64,000 nucleotides of DNA from an uncultured Gammaproteobacteria bacterium (GTDB lineage Bacteria; Pseudomonadota; Gammaproteobacteria; UBA9214), in NCBI GenBank assembly GCA_963701455.1, contig CAVPAE010000010.1, forward strand, positions 114,351 through 178,350, given 5' to 3'. The first letter of the stretch is position 1, and each line of letters starts with the position of its first letter. The position numbers and the translations under genes are program-made. The notes under the pieces are model-generated. The model had not been told where the DNA came from and searched no databases. It saw nothing but the letters and a program-made list of their open reading frames with translations. Positions 1 through 12,852 of the stretch are shown piece by piece.

Positions 1-295
1 GCATTACTCCGCAGTAAGTGCCAGGCATGTTGCTGACTGGCAGTTTTGGTGTTGTAGCATTCCAGGACTCATTCATCACATCGCTGCAAACGGATATAGC
101 CAAGTCCTCTTCGACGCAAGACTCTCTCCCCGCTTCGTTCGTGTCACCCCCCCCTGCGCATACCGAGATTGGCAACATTGTCATTGACATTGCTGTCGGT
201 GATACAGCAATGAATGATCTTGGCAGTGTTGCCTGCCGGGCCACATTCCGGGTCTCTATTCTGGAAACTGCCGCCTCATGTCTTGTATGGAGCAA
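1..295 (-). CDS. Possible 5' part of a hypothetical protein running off the left edge
   Basis: A minus-strand frame is stop-free from a TTG at 295 (GGGAG just upstream) to base 1 (..RSFIAVSPTAMSMTMLPISVCAGGGDTNE..). It competes with the + ORF 18..386. No family recognised. Confidence 0.25.
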   Translation of the reverse strand, partial: MLHTRHEAAVSRIETRNVARQATLPRSFIAVSPTAMSMTMLPISVCAGGGDTNEAGRESCVEEDLAISVCSDVMNESWNATTPKLPVSNMPGTYCGVM

Positions 296-431
296 GCATC
301 ACTCCCGTGACTGTAGTGGAAAAACAGACGAAGAATACCTGTTTGAGGACCTGGAACCTGCTGTGCCGAAGATTCTGACTTATTAAAAACCGGGAAAGAG
401 TCATGTAATTCTAGGGAAGCTCTGATTAATT

Positions 432-518
432 CGTCATTGCGAGGAACGCAGTGACGAAGCAATCTTTAAGTGTTTGATTCACTGGTTATGAGATTGCCGC
501 GCTACGCTCGCAATGACG
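432..518. repeat. CGTC-tagged palindromic (REP-like) element
   Basis: CGTCATTGCGAG...GCAATCT-spacer-AGATTGC...CTCGCAATGACG: a perfect 12-bp terminal inverted repeat plus an inner inverted repeat. Confidence 0.85.
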
Positions 519-529
519 TCATACATGAA

Positions 530-1495
530 TTAATCAGAGATTCCCTGGTTTGTTTTACCTGACTCAATTCCAGACAGTTCGCGCTCGCAATGGCCGGGTT
601 TCCAGTTTATATAGAGATTTACCAGTTCGGTTTGCTGTTCAGGAGTCAGCTGTTCCCGGCCGGTGTTAAAATTATCCGGACCCTGGCTGTAGGATTCTAT
701 GAGGCCATACCACATGGCACTCAAAACAGGGTCTTTGCGGACACCATACAGCCCATGGTAGTGAAGATACCCAAGTTCCCTGCGTGCACGAGAATCACCC
801 TGATCAGCCGCCGTGCAAAGCGTTCTGAAGTCAGGCTCGCCACGGGAGTCGTTGCTTTTGAAGAGTTCCCACGATGATGCATGGTTGCGCGCTTCATGGT
901 CTGCTGCGCGTTTCAGACCGCCAGCGTCAGCTCTAAGCCAGCGAACATAATCTATAGTTTTATTGGCTAGTGGGATATAAAAATAGTGGCCTACAGCTGA
1001 AAAATGGTCATCCAGAATCAGGGAGCCATCTTCCGCCAGGTAATATTTTCGGGTGCCGGATCGTATGCCTCCTGCAATGACAAACTCAGCCGCGGCCAGG
1101 TATTTTATTAATATCGCACCTTCCGTGCAGGAGAATTCGTCCCTGTCCTGTTCAAGCAGTGTTGTTTCCAGTGTGGACCCGGTAGCGTCCTGAAGTGTCA
1201 CTGATAACTGATTCTGTTCTGGATCAGTCCATCCCAGTATCACCTTGCAGTCGATGCATTCATGCGTCCCGAATATTATTCCTGCATTCGTGATGCTGTC
1301 GTAGAGATATGCCGGGTTCCTGCCATTATCGGGATTATTGTAGGTGCCGGAAATGTCCGGGCAGCCCTGCTTCGAGGTGATGACCCGTTCAGGCCATTGA
1401 GCAGGATAATTCCCGGGCGCACTCGCACACCCCTGCAGAGCAAGCAAGCTGACCGGAAAAAGCACCGCAAGAATAAGCAGACATGACCTGGTCAT
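530..1495 (-). CDS. Hypothetical lipoprotein with a C-terminal Sel1-like repeat
   Basis: Start MTRSCLLILAVLF...LQGC carries a lipobox. The segment AADQGDSRARRELGYLHYHGLYGVRKDPVLSAMWY is Sel1-like. GC is lower than in downstream genes. Confidence 0.7.
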   Translation of the reverse strand: MTRSCLLILAVLFPVSLLALQGCASAPGNYPAQWPERVITSKQGCPDISGTYNNPDNGRNPAYLYDSITNAGIIFGTHECIDCKVILGWTDPEQNQLSVTLQDATGSTLETTLLEQDRDEFSCTEGAILIKYLAAAEFVIAGGIRSGTRKYYLAEDGSLILDDHFSAVGHYFYIPLANKTIDYVRWLRADAGGLKRAADHEARNHASSWELFKSNDSRGEPDFRTLCTAADQGDSRARRELGYLHYHGLYGVRKDPVLSAMWYGLIESYSQGPDNFNTGREQLTPEQQTELVNLYINWKPGHCERELSGIESGKTNQGISD

Positions 1496-1674
1496 TCTAA
1501 CGTCTCGGAATATCAAGGGTCGTCAGAGTCTTGTCCGTTGAGTTCACGTGCAGGCTGACAGTTCTGCGGCTGGTGCAAGAATCTGATAACCCTTAACCAT
1601 CGCCGTCGAATACCAATTCCTGATGAATCCAGGAATTCGGGCACCTGTTCCGGGCTGTCCCGGGTGTGAGACTG

Positions 1675-2088
1675 TTAGCGATTCAACACATCCCCGCAGC
1701 CCTGGTAACCGACCCCGTCCATCATGACCGTGATGGTGGTTTCATAGGACTTGCCGGTCTCGCTGTCGCGGCATGTGACGCCTTTGACGGTGATGCTCAG
1801 CGAGTGATCGTCGTTGGGTACGCGGTAGACGGTGGTGCGGGTGGCTCCCCGGTACAGCGAGGGTCCCGTTGCGGGATAGTTGTAGCTGTACTCGGTGCCT
1901 GCCAGGGTGAAGTTGATCCTGTTGCCGGTGTGCATGATTTCCAGTTGCCAGTCGGGGTTGTGTCCCAGTCCGCTGACATCAATATCCTGGCGGGAAACTA
2001 CCGGTTCTTCGGCCTGCCCCGGGCCTGCCAGCATCGCCAGCAGCAGGCAGGACAGGGTGAGCGTGGCTTTCAGGGTAACTATTTTCAC
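1675..2088 (-). CDS. Secreted COG3650-like protein
   Basis: GTG start with AAGGAG SD and a signal peptide. G-x-N-P-x-W-x-L motif, and a C-x-D...Y...GCG C-terminus. Confidence 0.65.
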   Translation of the reverse strand: MKIVTLKATLTLSCLLLAMLAGPGQAEEPVVSRQDIDVSGLGHNPDWQLEIMHTGNRINFTLAGTEYSYNYPATGPSLYRGATRTTVYRVPNDDHSLSITVKGVTCRDSETGKSYETTITVMMDGVGYQGCGDVLNR

Positions 2089-2121
2089 GGCAGAGACTCC
2101 TTTACGCATTGAGATCCGGTA

Positions 2122-3300
2122 TCAACGGTAGCTCGCACGGGCCGCTTCCACGGCAACACCGGAAGTGATCGGTGCCTTCATGCTGCTCAGCACGGCATCC
2201 AGTGCGCCCAGGCAGAACAGCACATTGGTGGGGTTGCTCGCAAAGCCCATCAGGCCGACACGCCAGATCTTGCCGGCCATGGCACCGAGGCCCGCGCCGA
2301 TTTCCAGGTTGTATTCTTTCAGCAGGGTGCTTCTCACGGCGGCTTCGTCAACGCCTTCCGGGACCGAGACGGCATTCAGCTGTGGCAGGCGCTGGCCCTC
2401 GGGGACCACGAACTGCAGGCCCATCGCCTCGAAACCGGCACGCAGGGCGTCATGGTTCCGCTGGTGACGTGCCCAGGAATTCTCGATGCCCTCTTCCAGC
2501 AGGATCACCAGCGCCTCGTGCAGGGCGTACAGGGTGTTGATCGGCGCGGTGTGGTGATAGGCACGCTTGCCGCCGCCGCCCCAGTAGCCCAGCACCAGGT
2601 TGAGATCCATGAACCAGCTCTGCACCCTGGTCTTGCGGGTGGTGGCAACTTCCACGGCGCGCTTGCTGAAGGTGACCGGTGACAGCCCGGGTACGCAGGA
2701 CAGGCACTTCTGGGTGCCGGAATAGACGGCATCCAGTTCCCAGTCATCCACCATCAGGGGAGAACCGGCGAGCGAGGTGACGGTATCGGCGATCACCAGG
2801 CAATCGTGTTCGTGGGCCAGCGCGGACAGGGTCTTGGCATCCGAGATGGCGCCGGTCGAGGTCTCGGCATGCACGAAGGCCAGGATCTTGGCGTCGGGGT
2901 TCGCCTTCAGTGCCGTCTCTACCTTGTCGGGGTCAACCGCCACGCCCCAGGTGTCTTCCACCATGACGGCAGTGCCGCCGCAGCGTTCGACGTTTTCCTT
3001 CATGCGTCCGCCAAAGACGCCATTCTGGCAGACGATGACCTTGTCGCCCGGCTCGACCAGGTTGACGAAGCAGGTTTCCATACCGGCGGAGCCCGGTGCG
3101 GATACCGGCATGGTGAGTTCGTTTTTCGTCTGAAAGGCAGTGCGCAGCATCCCCTTCATTTCGTCCATCATATCGACGAACACCGGATCGAGGTGGCCGA
3201 TGGTCGGGCGCGACATGGCCTCGAGGATGCGTGGGTTGACGTCTGACGGTCCGGGACCCATCAAGGTGCGGACGGGGGGATGGAAGGACTGGATGCTCAT
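2122..3300 (-). CDS. Alanine-glyoxylate / serine-pyruvate aminotransferase (PLP class V)
   Basis: LMGPGPS N-terminus, VHAETSTG, SGTQKC (PLP lysine) and YHHTAP motifs. Confidence 0.93.
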   Translation of the reverse strand: MSIQSFHPPVRTLMGPGPSDVNPRILEAMSRPTIGHLDPVFVDMMDEMKGMLRTAFQTKNELTMPVSAPGSAGMETCFVNLVEPGDKVIVCQNGVFGGRMKENVERCGGTAVMVEDTWGVAVDPDKVETALKANPDAKILAFVHAETSTGAISDAKTLSALAHEHDCLVIADTVTSLAGSPLMVDDWELDAVYSGTQKCLSCVPGLSPVTFSKRAVEVATTRKTRVQSWFMDLNLVLGYWGGGGKRAYHHTAPINTLYALHEALVILLEEGIENSWARHQRNHDALRAGFEAMGLQFVVPEGQRLPQLNAVSVPEGVDEAAVRSTLLKEYNLEIGAGLGAMAGKIWRVGLMGFASNPTNVLFCLGALDAVLSSMKAPITSGVAVEAARASYR

Positions 3301-3455
3301 TGATTTGCCTCGTGTGTCTGGTGTTCGTTGTCGGTAAAGTCCCGAATTCTAGCATCATCGGGCGCGGCTGCCCTAGATTTCCGTGAATTCTCCAACCGTT
3401 GAAGCTGGTGGGTTCGGGCTCTGACTAAATGCCGTATTGATGGCCATTCGAATTG

Positions 3456-3558
3456 CCCCCCTCCCCCACAGGGGGGGGTCGGGGAGAGGGGATAAATTTG
3501 AGTAAATTGTATTTTATATTCCCTGCATCCTGACCTTCTCCCTTCAGGGAGAAGGGAC
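3456..3558. repeat. Doublet of CCCTC/GGGAGAGGG-type palindromic repeats
   Basis: CCCCCTCCCCCACAGGGGGGGGTCGGGGAGAGGGG (3456-3491) and CCCTGCATCCTGACCTTCTCCCTTCAGGGAGAAGGGAC (3521-3558) lie in inverted arrangement around an AT-rich spacer. Confidence 0.65.
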
Positions 3559-3581
3559 CCCTGATTTGAGTGTTGCATGCT

Positions 3582-5588
<2,007 letters not shown>

Positions 5589-5605
5589 GTTCCTTTACCT
5601 GTGTG

Positions 5606-7018
5606 TCAGCGGGCCCGCAGGCGCGGGTCAAAGGCGTCGCGCACCGCGTCCGAGAACAGGTTCGCGGCGAGCACCAGGGCGAACATGAACAGGAAGGCCG
5701 ACAGCAGCGACCACCAGACCACCGGTTCACGCGCCATTTCCAGGCGGGCGCCGTTGATCATGTTGCCCCAGCTGTTCATGGTGGGGTCGACGCCGACACC
5801 GACGTAGGACAGCACCGCTTCGGCCAGCACCAGCCCGCTGAAATCCAGCACCACCGTGATCAGCACGACGTGCATGACGTTGGGCAGGATGTGGCGCGTG
5901 ATGATGCGGGCATGCGACACACCAAAAGACTGCGCGGCCTGGATGTATTCCGCCTCGCGCAGCTTCAGCGATTCGCCGCGCAGCAGCCGGCACAGCCCGG
6001 TCCAGCTGGTGATGCCGAGGATGATGCACAGGAACAGCAGGCGGATATCGGCGCGCTCTACCGTGGTTTCGAACAGTTCGGGATGGTTGGCGATGTAGAC
6101 CTGCAGCATCAGGATGGCGGCGGCAATCAGCAGCACGTGCGGGATGGAATTCAGCGTGGTGTAGACATACTGCACCACGTCATCGATCCAGCCGCGGGCA
6201 TAGCCGGCCAGGATGCCGAGCAGCACGGCGAACGGCAGCATGACCAGGGTCGTGAGGGTGCCGATGACCAGCCCGGTGCGGATGCTCTTCAGGGACTGGT
6301 AGAGGACATCCTGGCCGACCTTGTCGGTTCCCAGTATGTGGTAGGCGGCGCCGAGGTTGACGGTCAGCAACAGCAGCAACAGCAGCAGGCCCAGCGTGAC
6401 CAGGATGGTGCGCCAGGGTAGCTGCGCGTGCCCCTGCAGGATGTTGTGCAGGGCGGCTGCGTGTCCCCTGCCCGCTGCGTCGGCCCAGCAACAGGGCGAC
6501 GCCAAGCAGCAGCAGGCCCGCCGCCGGCAGCGTCTGCACGACGGCCGTGGCGCTGCGCTTCAGGATGTCGCTGCGCCGGTCCCGCGCCGGGTCAGCGAGA
6601 TGACTGCCGCCGTATTCCAGGCGCGGGTAGTCGCGCAGTACGCTGCCATCGGGCTGCTCGATGGTTTCCCGGGTGAACAGGTGCGTGGAAAACGGCGCGG
6701 AATAGGTCTTCTCGACCCGGGTGCGCAGCGGCCCGTACCAGCAGGTCCAGCACGCTCAGCACCTCCACCGCATAGTGGGTCTGCTTGCCTGTTGCCGTTG
6801 TCCGCCAGCGGCAGCCGAAAGTGCAGCGAGTCCAGCAGCCCGGTCGTGATGAAGGCCAGCAGGATCACCAGGGAACTTGCGGCAATGCGGCTGCGCAGCA
6901 CGTGCTGCCAGGGGGCGCGCAGATGCGGTTTGCCGCGGGCGTAGACAATAAAGACGATCACTACCGTGACCAGCAGGAAGATCAGCGCATCCGTCCAGAG
7001 AATGACCGGCTTGATCAT
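5606..7018 (-). CDS. Peptide ABC transporter permease (OppC-like), split by about 3 frameshifts
   Basis: LGTDKVGQD, EAEYIQAAQSFG and HILPN motifs. The frame jumps at about 6790, 6737 and 6465 can be threaded into one protein. Confidence 0.85.
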
Positions 7019-7993
7019 GCCAGGCGCACCCGCGGATCGACGAGGGTGTAGGTGATGTCGACCAGGATCAGGCCGATGATGTAGAGCACCGAGCCGAGGA
7101 ACACCATGGCGCGCACGATGGCAAAGTCCTGGTTGTTGATGGCGTCGATGGTGTAGCTGCCGAGCCCCGGGATGGCGAAGAAGGATTCCAGCAGCAGGCT
7201 GCCCATGAACAGCAGCGGCAGTACCACCACCACGCCGGTGACGATCGGGATCAGGGCATTTCTCAGGATATGCCGGAACAGCACCAGCGATTCCGCCAGT
7301 CCCTTGGCGCGCGCGGTGCGCACATAGTCCTTGCCGGCCTCCTCCAGGAAGAAGGTCCGGTACCAGCGCGACCCGGAGCCGATGCCGCTGACCACGCCGA
7401 TGATCACCGGCAACACGATGAACTTCACGGCATCCAGCCCGGATTCAAAGCCGGAGATCGGCACCAGCCGCAGCACCTTCGCCAGCAGGTACTGGCCGCC
7501 GATGATGTAGAACATCGCGGAGATCGACATCAGCACCACGCACAGCACCACGCCGGATACGTCCACGTAGGTACCCCGGAAAAATGCCATCAGCAGGGCA
7601 AAGGTGATATTCACCAGCAGCCCGATGATGAGGCTGGGAATGGCGATGGCGAGACTCGGCAGCATGCGCTGGCGGATGTCGAAGCTGATGTCGCGGCCGT
7701 CATCGGAGGTGCCGAAATCGAAGGCGAACAGCTTCACCGACTTGTCGAAGAAGATGGTTTCGGTCAGCTTGTCCGGTTCCCTCACTGTCCTGGTTCAGGA
7801 ACAGCGGCTTGTCGTAGCCGTGGCCGGCCTTCCATTTCTCGATGGCCTCCGGCGTGACCCGCTTCATGCCGAGGTGCAGGCGGGCCATGTCGTCCGGTGA
7901 ATTCACCACGAAGAACAGGTAGAAGGTGAGGATGTTGACCCCGATCAGAATCGGGATGGCATAGGCGACGCGGCGGATGATGTAGGCGAACAT
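7015..7993 (-). CDS. Peptide ABC transporter permease (OppB-like), 1 frameshift
   Basis: MFAYIIRRVAYAIP start and DYVRTARAKGL/HILRNAL motifs. One extra base near 7775. Confidence 0.88.
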
Positions 7994-10208
7994 CAACGCA
8001 CCTCCCGGTGGGCGGGCATGCGCTGCTGCCGCTGGTAGCCGATCCAGGCAGGAACCAGCACCAGCAGCAGGATGGCGGCAAGCAGCAGCAGCGGCCAGCG
8101 CACCGGCTTGTTCCACTCCGCCTGCAGTCCTGCGCGCAGTTCAGGCTCGATGCGCCGGTACTTGAGCATGTTGTTCGCCATCAGGTTGGTCTTGGCATTC
8201 AGGTACCAGGCATGCCGCAGGGCGAACTGTTTCGGGAAATAGCCCCACAGCCAGGGGGCATCATGGCGCGCGATGGCCTGCATTTCATTGATAATGACCT
8301 GGCGCTCCGGGCTGTTCTCCATGTTCTTCATGCGATCGAACAGGCGGTCGAAATCCGCATTGTTGTAGTTGGCGGCATTCTCGCCGTTCTTGCCGACCTT
8401 GGCATTCGGACCGTAGAGCAGGAACAGGAAGTTCTCCGGGTCCGGGTAATCCGCGTTCCAGCCCCACTGGAAGATCTGCGCCGTGCCCTTGAGCATCTTG
8501 TCCTGGAAGCGGTTGTAATCGGTGCCGCGAATCACCAGCTGGATGTCGAGCTTGGCGAACTGCTTCATCAGCCAGTCGAGGCGCGCCTTGGCATCCGGGC
8601 CGGTCTGCGGGGTGTCGAAATACAGTACCAGCGGCTTGCCGGTCTTGATATCCCGTCCCTCGGGGTAACCGGCCTCGGCCAGCAGTTGCCGGGCGACCGC
8701 GATCGGCTTGCGACTCGGGCCGTGTGCGCCGTACTCGTAAACATAGGGATTGATTCCCGCCTTGCCCTCCACGTGGCCGAAAATGCCGGGTGGAATGGCG
8801 CCCTGGGCGGGAATGCCGCGACCGTTGAGGAATATCGAGATGAACTCCTCGTAATCCACGGCAATGGAAATCGCCAGGCGCAGCTTGCGGGCGCTTTCGC
8901 TGTCGCCGCCCACCACCGGGTCGAGCATGTTGAAGCCGGTGTAGTAGATCGAGGTCGCAACCGCGGTGTTCAGCTCAATGCCCTGCTCGCGCATGCTGTC
9001 GGTCAGGCTGACCTCGCCGCCGGCACCGATGTTGATGGCCTGATCGAAGCTGTCCGATGATATGCCCGAGGTGTCGTAGTAGCCCTGCAGAAACTTGTTC
9101 CAGTAGGGGATGTTCTCCTTTTCCAGGCTGAAGACGACCCTGTCGATGAACGGCAGCGGCTTGCCGGCATCCTCGAGCAGGCCGGCTTCCCGGTCGCCCG
9201 GCTCACCCTCGCTCGGGTAGGTTTCGCCGTGAAAATTCGGGTTGCGGTCCATGACCATCTGGCGGTTCGGATTGTTCACACGTCAGCATGTAGGGACCGG
9301 TACCCACGGGATACCAGTCCAGCGTGATGTTGCGCTGCTTCATCCCGGCCTGGGAATAGAAACGGTCGGCCTCCGGCGGTACCGGCGCGAAAAACGGCAT
9401 CGCCAGCCAGTACAGCAGCTGCGGGTACTTGCCGTGGATCTTGATGCGGTAGGTGTAGCGGTCGATGACCTCGGCGCCTGCCAGCGGGTACTGCGTCAGG
9501 TCCAGGTACACGCCAGCTTCTTTCTCCGCCCGCTATCCCGTCCCAGGCCTCGCTCAGGGTTTGCGTATAGTCCTTGAGTCCCGCGATGTAATCGCCCATC
9601 AGGCCGAGTATCGGCGAATGCAGCCGCGGGTGCGCCAGGCGCTTGATCTGGTAGACATAGTCCGCTGCGACCAGCTCGCGCGTGCCGGTTTCCCTGAAAT
9701 CAGCCAGGGTATGGATTTCCGCAAGGTCCCTTGCGGTGAGGTCCAGGTAAAGTGCATTCCCGCTGGTGTCCGTCGCGAAGGCAGGATGCGGCTGGTACAG
9801 GATGCCCGGCTGGATATGAATGTCGTAGAGGCTGAAAGCGATCTCGTCAGCGGGGGCATCCGCGGGCAGCGTGTTGCCGGAGGCATCCAGGTACTGCGGT
9901 TCCGGCACCGTGGTGGCGGTCAGCGGAACCAGTTCATACGGGCGCTTCAGGTAGTGATACTGCAGGGGCGGTTCGTAGATCTGCGCGGTAAACGTGACCT
10001 CGTTGGAGCTATAGGACTGTGCCGGGTCGAGGTGGTTGGGTCGTTCCTTGAACGAGGAATAGAGGATGTTTTCCTGCGCATCCGCGGCCGGATACGGGCG
10101 GTTCCAGGGGGTGTCGTCGCAGCCAGCAAGCAAACTGATGCCTGCAAACAGCAACAGGCCTGCCGGGGTCAGGGGATACCGCGCACTGCGAGGGTGAACT
10201 GGCCACAT
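7993..10208 (-). CDS. Peptide ABC transporter substrate-binding lipoprotein (family 5), 2 frameshifts
   Basis: LLAGC lipobox, HLDPA, GTGPYML and WNADYPDPENFL motifs. Frame changes at about 9525 and 9280. Confidence 0.88.
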
Positions 10209-10369
10209 GGGCTGCCATTATAATGACCGCCCTGCAGCGATTGATACCCTTGGAAAGCTTCACCTTGCCGCTATTTTCCGGTACCTTAGCTGCACTTCAT
10301 ATCAAGACACCCGGTTTGAGCCGTGGATGTCGCAACAAATTTTCATAAACCGCATAAAAAGGTACTGCC

Positions 10370-11155
10370 ATGGGATTCCTGAGTGGGAAACGCGCCCTGA
10401 TCGTCGGTCTTGCCAGCAACCGTTCCATCGCCTGGGGGGTTTCCCAGGCCATGCTGCGCGAAGGCGCCGAACTGGCCTTCAGCTACCCGAACGAGAAAAT
10501 GGGCGAGCGGGTCACGAAGATGGCGAAGGAATGCAATTCAGACATCGTGCTGCCCTGCGATGTCAGCAGTGACGAGCAGATCGAGAACCTGTTCGTGGAA
10601 CTGGGCAAGCGCTGGGACGGGCTGGACATCCTCGTGCATTCGGTTGCCTTCGCCCCGGCCGACCAGCTTGCCGGTGACTACCTCGATTGCGTTACCCGGG
10701 AAGGCTTCCGTATTGCCCACGATATCAGCTCCTACAGTTTTGCCGCACTGGCGAAAGCTGCCCGCCCGATGATGCAGGGCCGCAACGCCGCCCTGCTGAC
10801 CATGAGTTACCTGGGCGCGGTGCAGACCATCCCCAACTACAATGTCATGGGTGTCGCCAAGGCCAGCCTGGAAGCCAATGTTCGCTACCTGGCGCAAAGC
10901 CTGGGACCGGAAGGTATTCGCGTGAACGGGGTTTCGGCCGGTCCGATCAGGACGCTGGCAGCGGCCGGCATCAGCAACTTCCGCAAGCTGCTGGATACCT
11001 TCGCGAGTACCGCACCACTGCGCCGCAATGTCACGATCAAGGATGTCGGTAATGCCTCGGCCTTCCTCTGCTCGGACCTGGCATCCGGCATTACCGGTGA
11101 AATCACCTACGTGGACGGCGGCTACAATATCGTCGGCATGGCACCGCTGGACTAG
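10370..11155 (+). CDS. fabI: Enoyl-ACP reductase
   Basis: [20 protein letters not shown] and [10 protein letters not shown] motifs. Confidence 0.97.
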   Translation: MGFLSGKRALIVGLASNRSIAWGVSQAMLREGAELAFSYPNEKMGERVTKMAKECNSDIVLPCDVSSDEQIENLFVELGKRWDGLDILVHSVAFAPADQLAGDYLDCVTREGFRIAHDISSYSFAALAKAARPMMQGRNAALLTMSYLGAVQTIPNYNVMGVAKASLEANVRYLAQSLGPEGIRVNGVSAGPIRTLAAAGISNFRKLLDTFASTAPLRRNVTIKDVGNASAFLCSDLASGITGEITYVDGGYNIVGMAPLD

Positions 11156-11158
11156 GAG

Positions 11159-11532
11159 CACCTGCAGGCGCACCACTTTTCGTCGTGATTGCTTGAGGAT
11201 GGCATCGCGGTCAGAAGACCGCTCCTACACCGCTAGTCACACCTGTAGGAGCGCCGGCCTTCGGCGCGATTGGTTGAGGATCGCATCGCGGTCAGAAGAC
11301 CGCTCCTACACCACGGGTCACACCTGTAGGAGCGCCGGCCTTCGGCGCGATTGGTTGAGGATCGCATCGCGGAATCAGGAAGAACTCCGGACACATCGGT
11401 GAAACTACACCACGGGTCACACCTGTAGGAGCGCCGACCTTCGGCGCGATTGGTTGAGGATGGCATCGCGGTCAGGAGACCGCTCCTACACCACGGGTCA
11501 CACCTGTAGGAGCGCCGGCCTTCGGCGCGATT
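11159..11532. repeat. Tandem array of 81-bp GTAG-type REP doublets (BIME/REPIN-like), about 4.5 units
   Basis: Unit CCTGTAGGAGCG...CGCGAT-N-ATCGCG...CGCTCCTACACCACGGGTCACA begins at 11161 (degenerate), 11242, 11323, 11422 and 11503, between convergent genes. Confidence 0.9.
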
Positions 11533-11535
11533 GTT

Positions 11536-12813
11536 TCAGTCTTTTCCCGGTGGGCTCCGCAGGATGCCTTTTTCGCCTTCCAGGCGTCCGATCAGGACGG
11601 CGCCGCAGGAATCACTGAATACATTCACGCTGGTGCGGCACATGTCCAGCACCCGGTCCACGGCCAGGATCAGTCCTACCGCCTCGACCGGCAGGCCGAT
11701 GGCCGTCAGGATGATGGTGATGGCGACCAGGCTGGCAGCCGGGATGCCGGCCACCCCGATCGAGGTCAGCAGCGCGACCAGCACCACCGTGAACTGGGTC
11801 GCAAACGTCATTTCCAGTCCGTAGGCCTGCGCAATAAACATCGCCGCGACACATTCATACAGCGCCGTACCGTCCATGTTGACGGTCGCACCCAGCGGCA
11901 GCACGAAACTGGTGGTGCGGTTGGAGACGCCGGCCCGGTTCTCGACACAGTCCATGGAGATCGGCAGGGTCGCGGAAGAAGATGCCGTGGAAAAAGCGGT
12001 CAACAGGGCCGGAGACATGGCCTGAAAATGGCGCCAGGGCGGCACCCGTCCGACCAGCTTCAACAGCAGCGGCAGGACGATGAGCATGTGCACGGCAAGT
12101 GCAGCAAGTACCGTGAAGAAAAAGGCCATGAGCGGCGCGAAGGCGGCGAAACCGGTGGAGGCAACCACCTTCGCGACCAGGGCAAACACCCCCAGCGGCG
12201 CAAACAGCATGACCCAGTCGGTGATCTTCATCATCACGGCGAACACGCCGCGCCAGAAATCCTTCAGCGTCTGGGCCCCTGCACCGTCGATCCGGGTCAT
12301 GAAGTAACCGAACAGCAGGCTGAAGAAGATCAGCCCCAGCATCCGGCCTTCGGCTGCGGCTGCGACGATATTTGCCGGCACCATGCGAATGAAGATATCC
12401 ACGACATCGCCGGCACCGCGACCCTCGATGCTGGCCGCGATGGCATCGGTGTCTTCGCTGGCAAAGGCCACCACCTCCTTCGCCGGCGCCCCGTCAACGA
12501 TGCCCGGGCTGACCAGGTTGACCAGCACCAGACCGACGCAGATGGCCAGCAGGCTGGTGGTCATGTAGTACAGCAGTGTTTTGCCGCCGAGGCGCCCCAT
12601 GGCGCCGCTGTCGCCGATGCCGGCCATGCCGGTGATAATGGATGACATGATCAGTGGCACGATCAGCATCTTCAGGGCATTCATGAAGAGCGTACCGAGG
12701 AAGGTATAGATGTCGTAAAAGCGGATGCCGAAGATCGCTGCATCCATGCCGGTCAGCTGGCCCGCGATAACGGCCAGAACCAGCGACAGCAGGATTTGCC
12801 AGTGAAGTTTCAG
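11536..12813 (-). CDS. Dicarboxylate/amino acid:cation symporter (GltP/DAACS family)
   Basis: [21 protein letters not shown] and DRVLDMCRT motifs. The conserved N-terminus LKLHWQIL extends upstream of the ATG at 12747 to a CTG at 12813. Confidence 0.92.
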   Translation of the reverse strand: MKLHWQILLSLVLAVIAGQLTGMDAAIFGIRFYDIYTFLGTLFMNALKMLIVPLIMSSIITGMAGIGDSGAMGRLGGKTLLYYMTTSLLAICVGLVLVNLVSPGIVDGAPAKEVVAFASEDTDAIAASIEGRGAGDVVDIFIRMVPANIVAAAAEGRMLGLIFFSLLFGYFMTRIDGAGAQTLKDFWRGVFAVMMKITDWVMLFAPLGVFALVAKVVASTGFAAFAPLMAFFFTVLAALAVHMLIVLPLLLKLVGRVPPWRHFQAMSPALLTAFSTASSSATLPISMDCVENRAGVSNRTTSFVLPLGATVNMDGTALYECVAAMFIAQAYGLEMTFATQFTVVLVALLTSIGVAGIPAASLVAITIILTAIGLPVEAVGLILAVDRVLDMCRTSVNVFSDSCGAVLIGRLEGEKGILRSPPGKD

Positions 12814-12852
12814 TCTGTCAGCCCCGGGGTTGCCAGTTACACCGGCAGCAAC

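Noticed and set aside
18-386. + strand 122-aa ORF as a confident gene
   Set aside because: It has no motif or clear SD, and an equally open minus-strand frame overlaps it. The two cannot be resolved at the window edge.
11159-11532. CRISPR array
   Set aside because: The sequence between repeats is itself repeated (no unique spacers), the units are GTAG-REP palindromes, and no cas genes are present.
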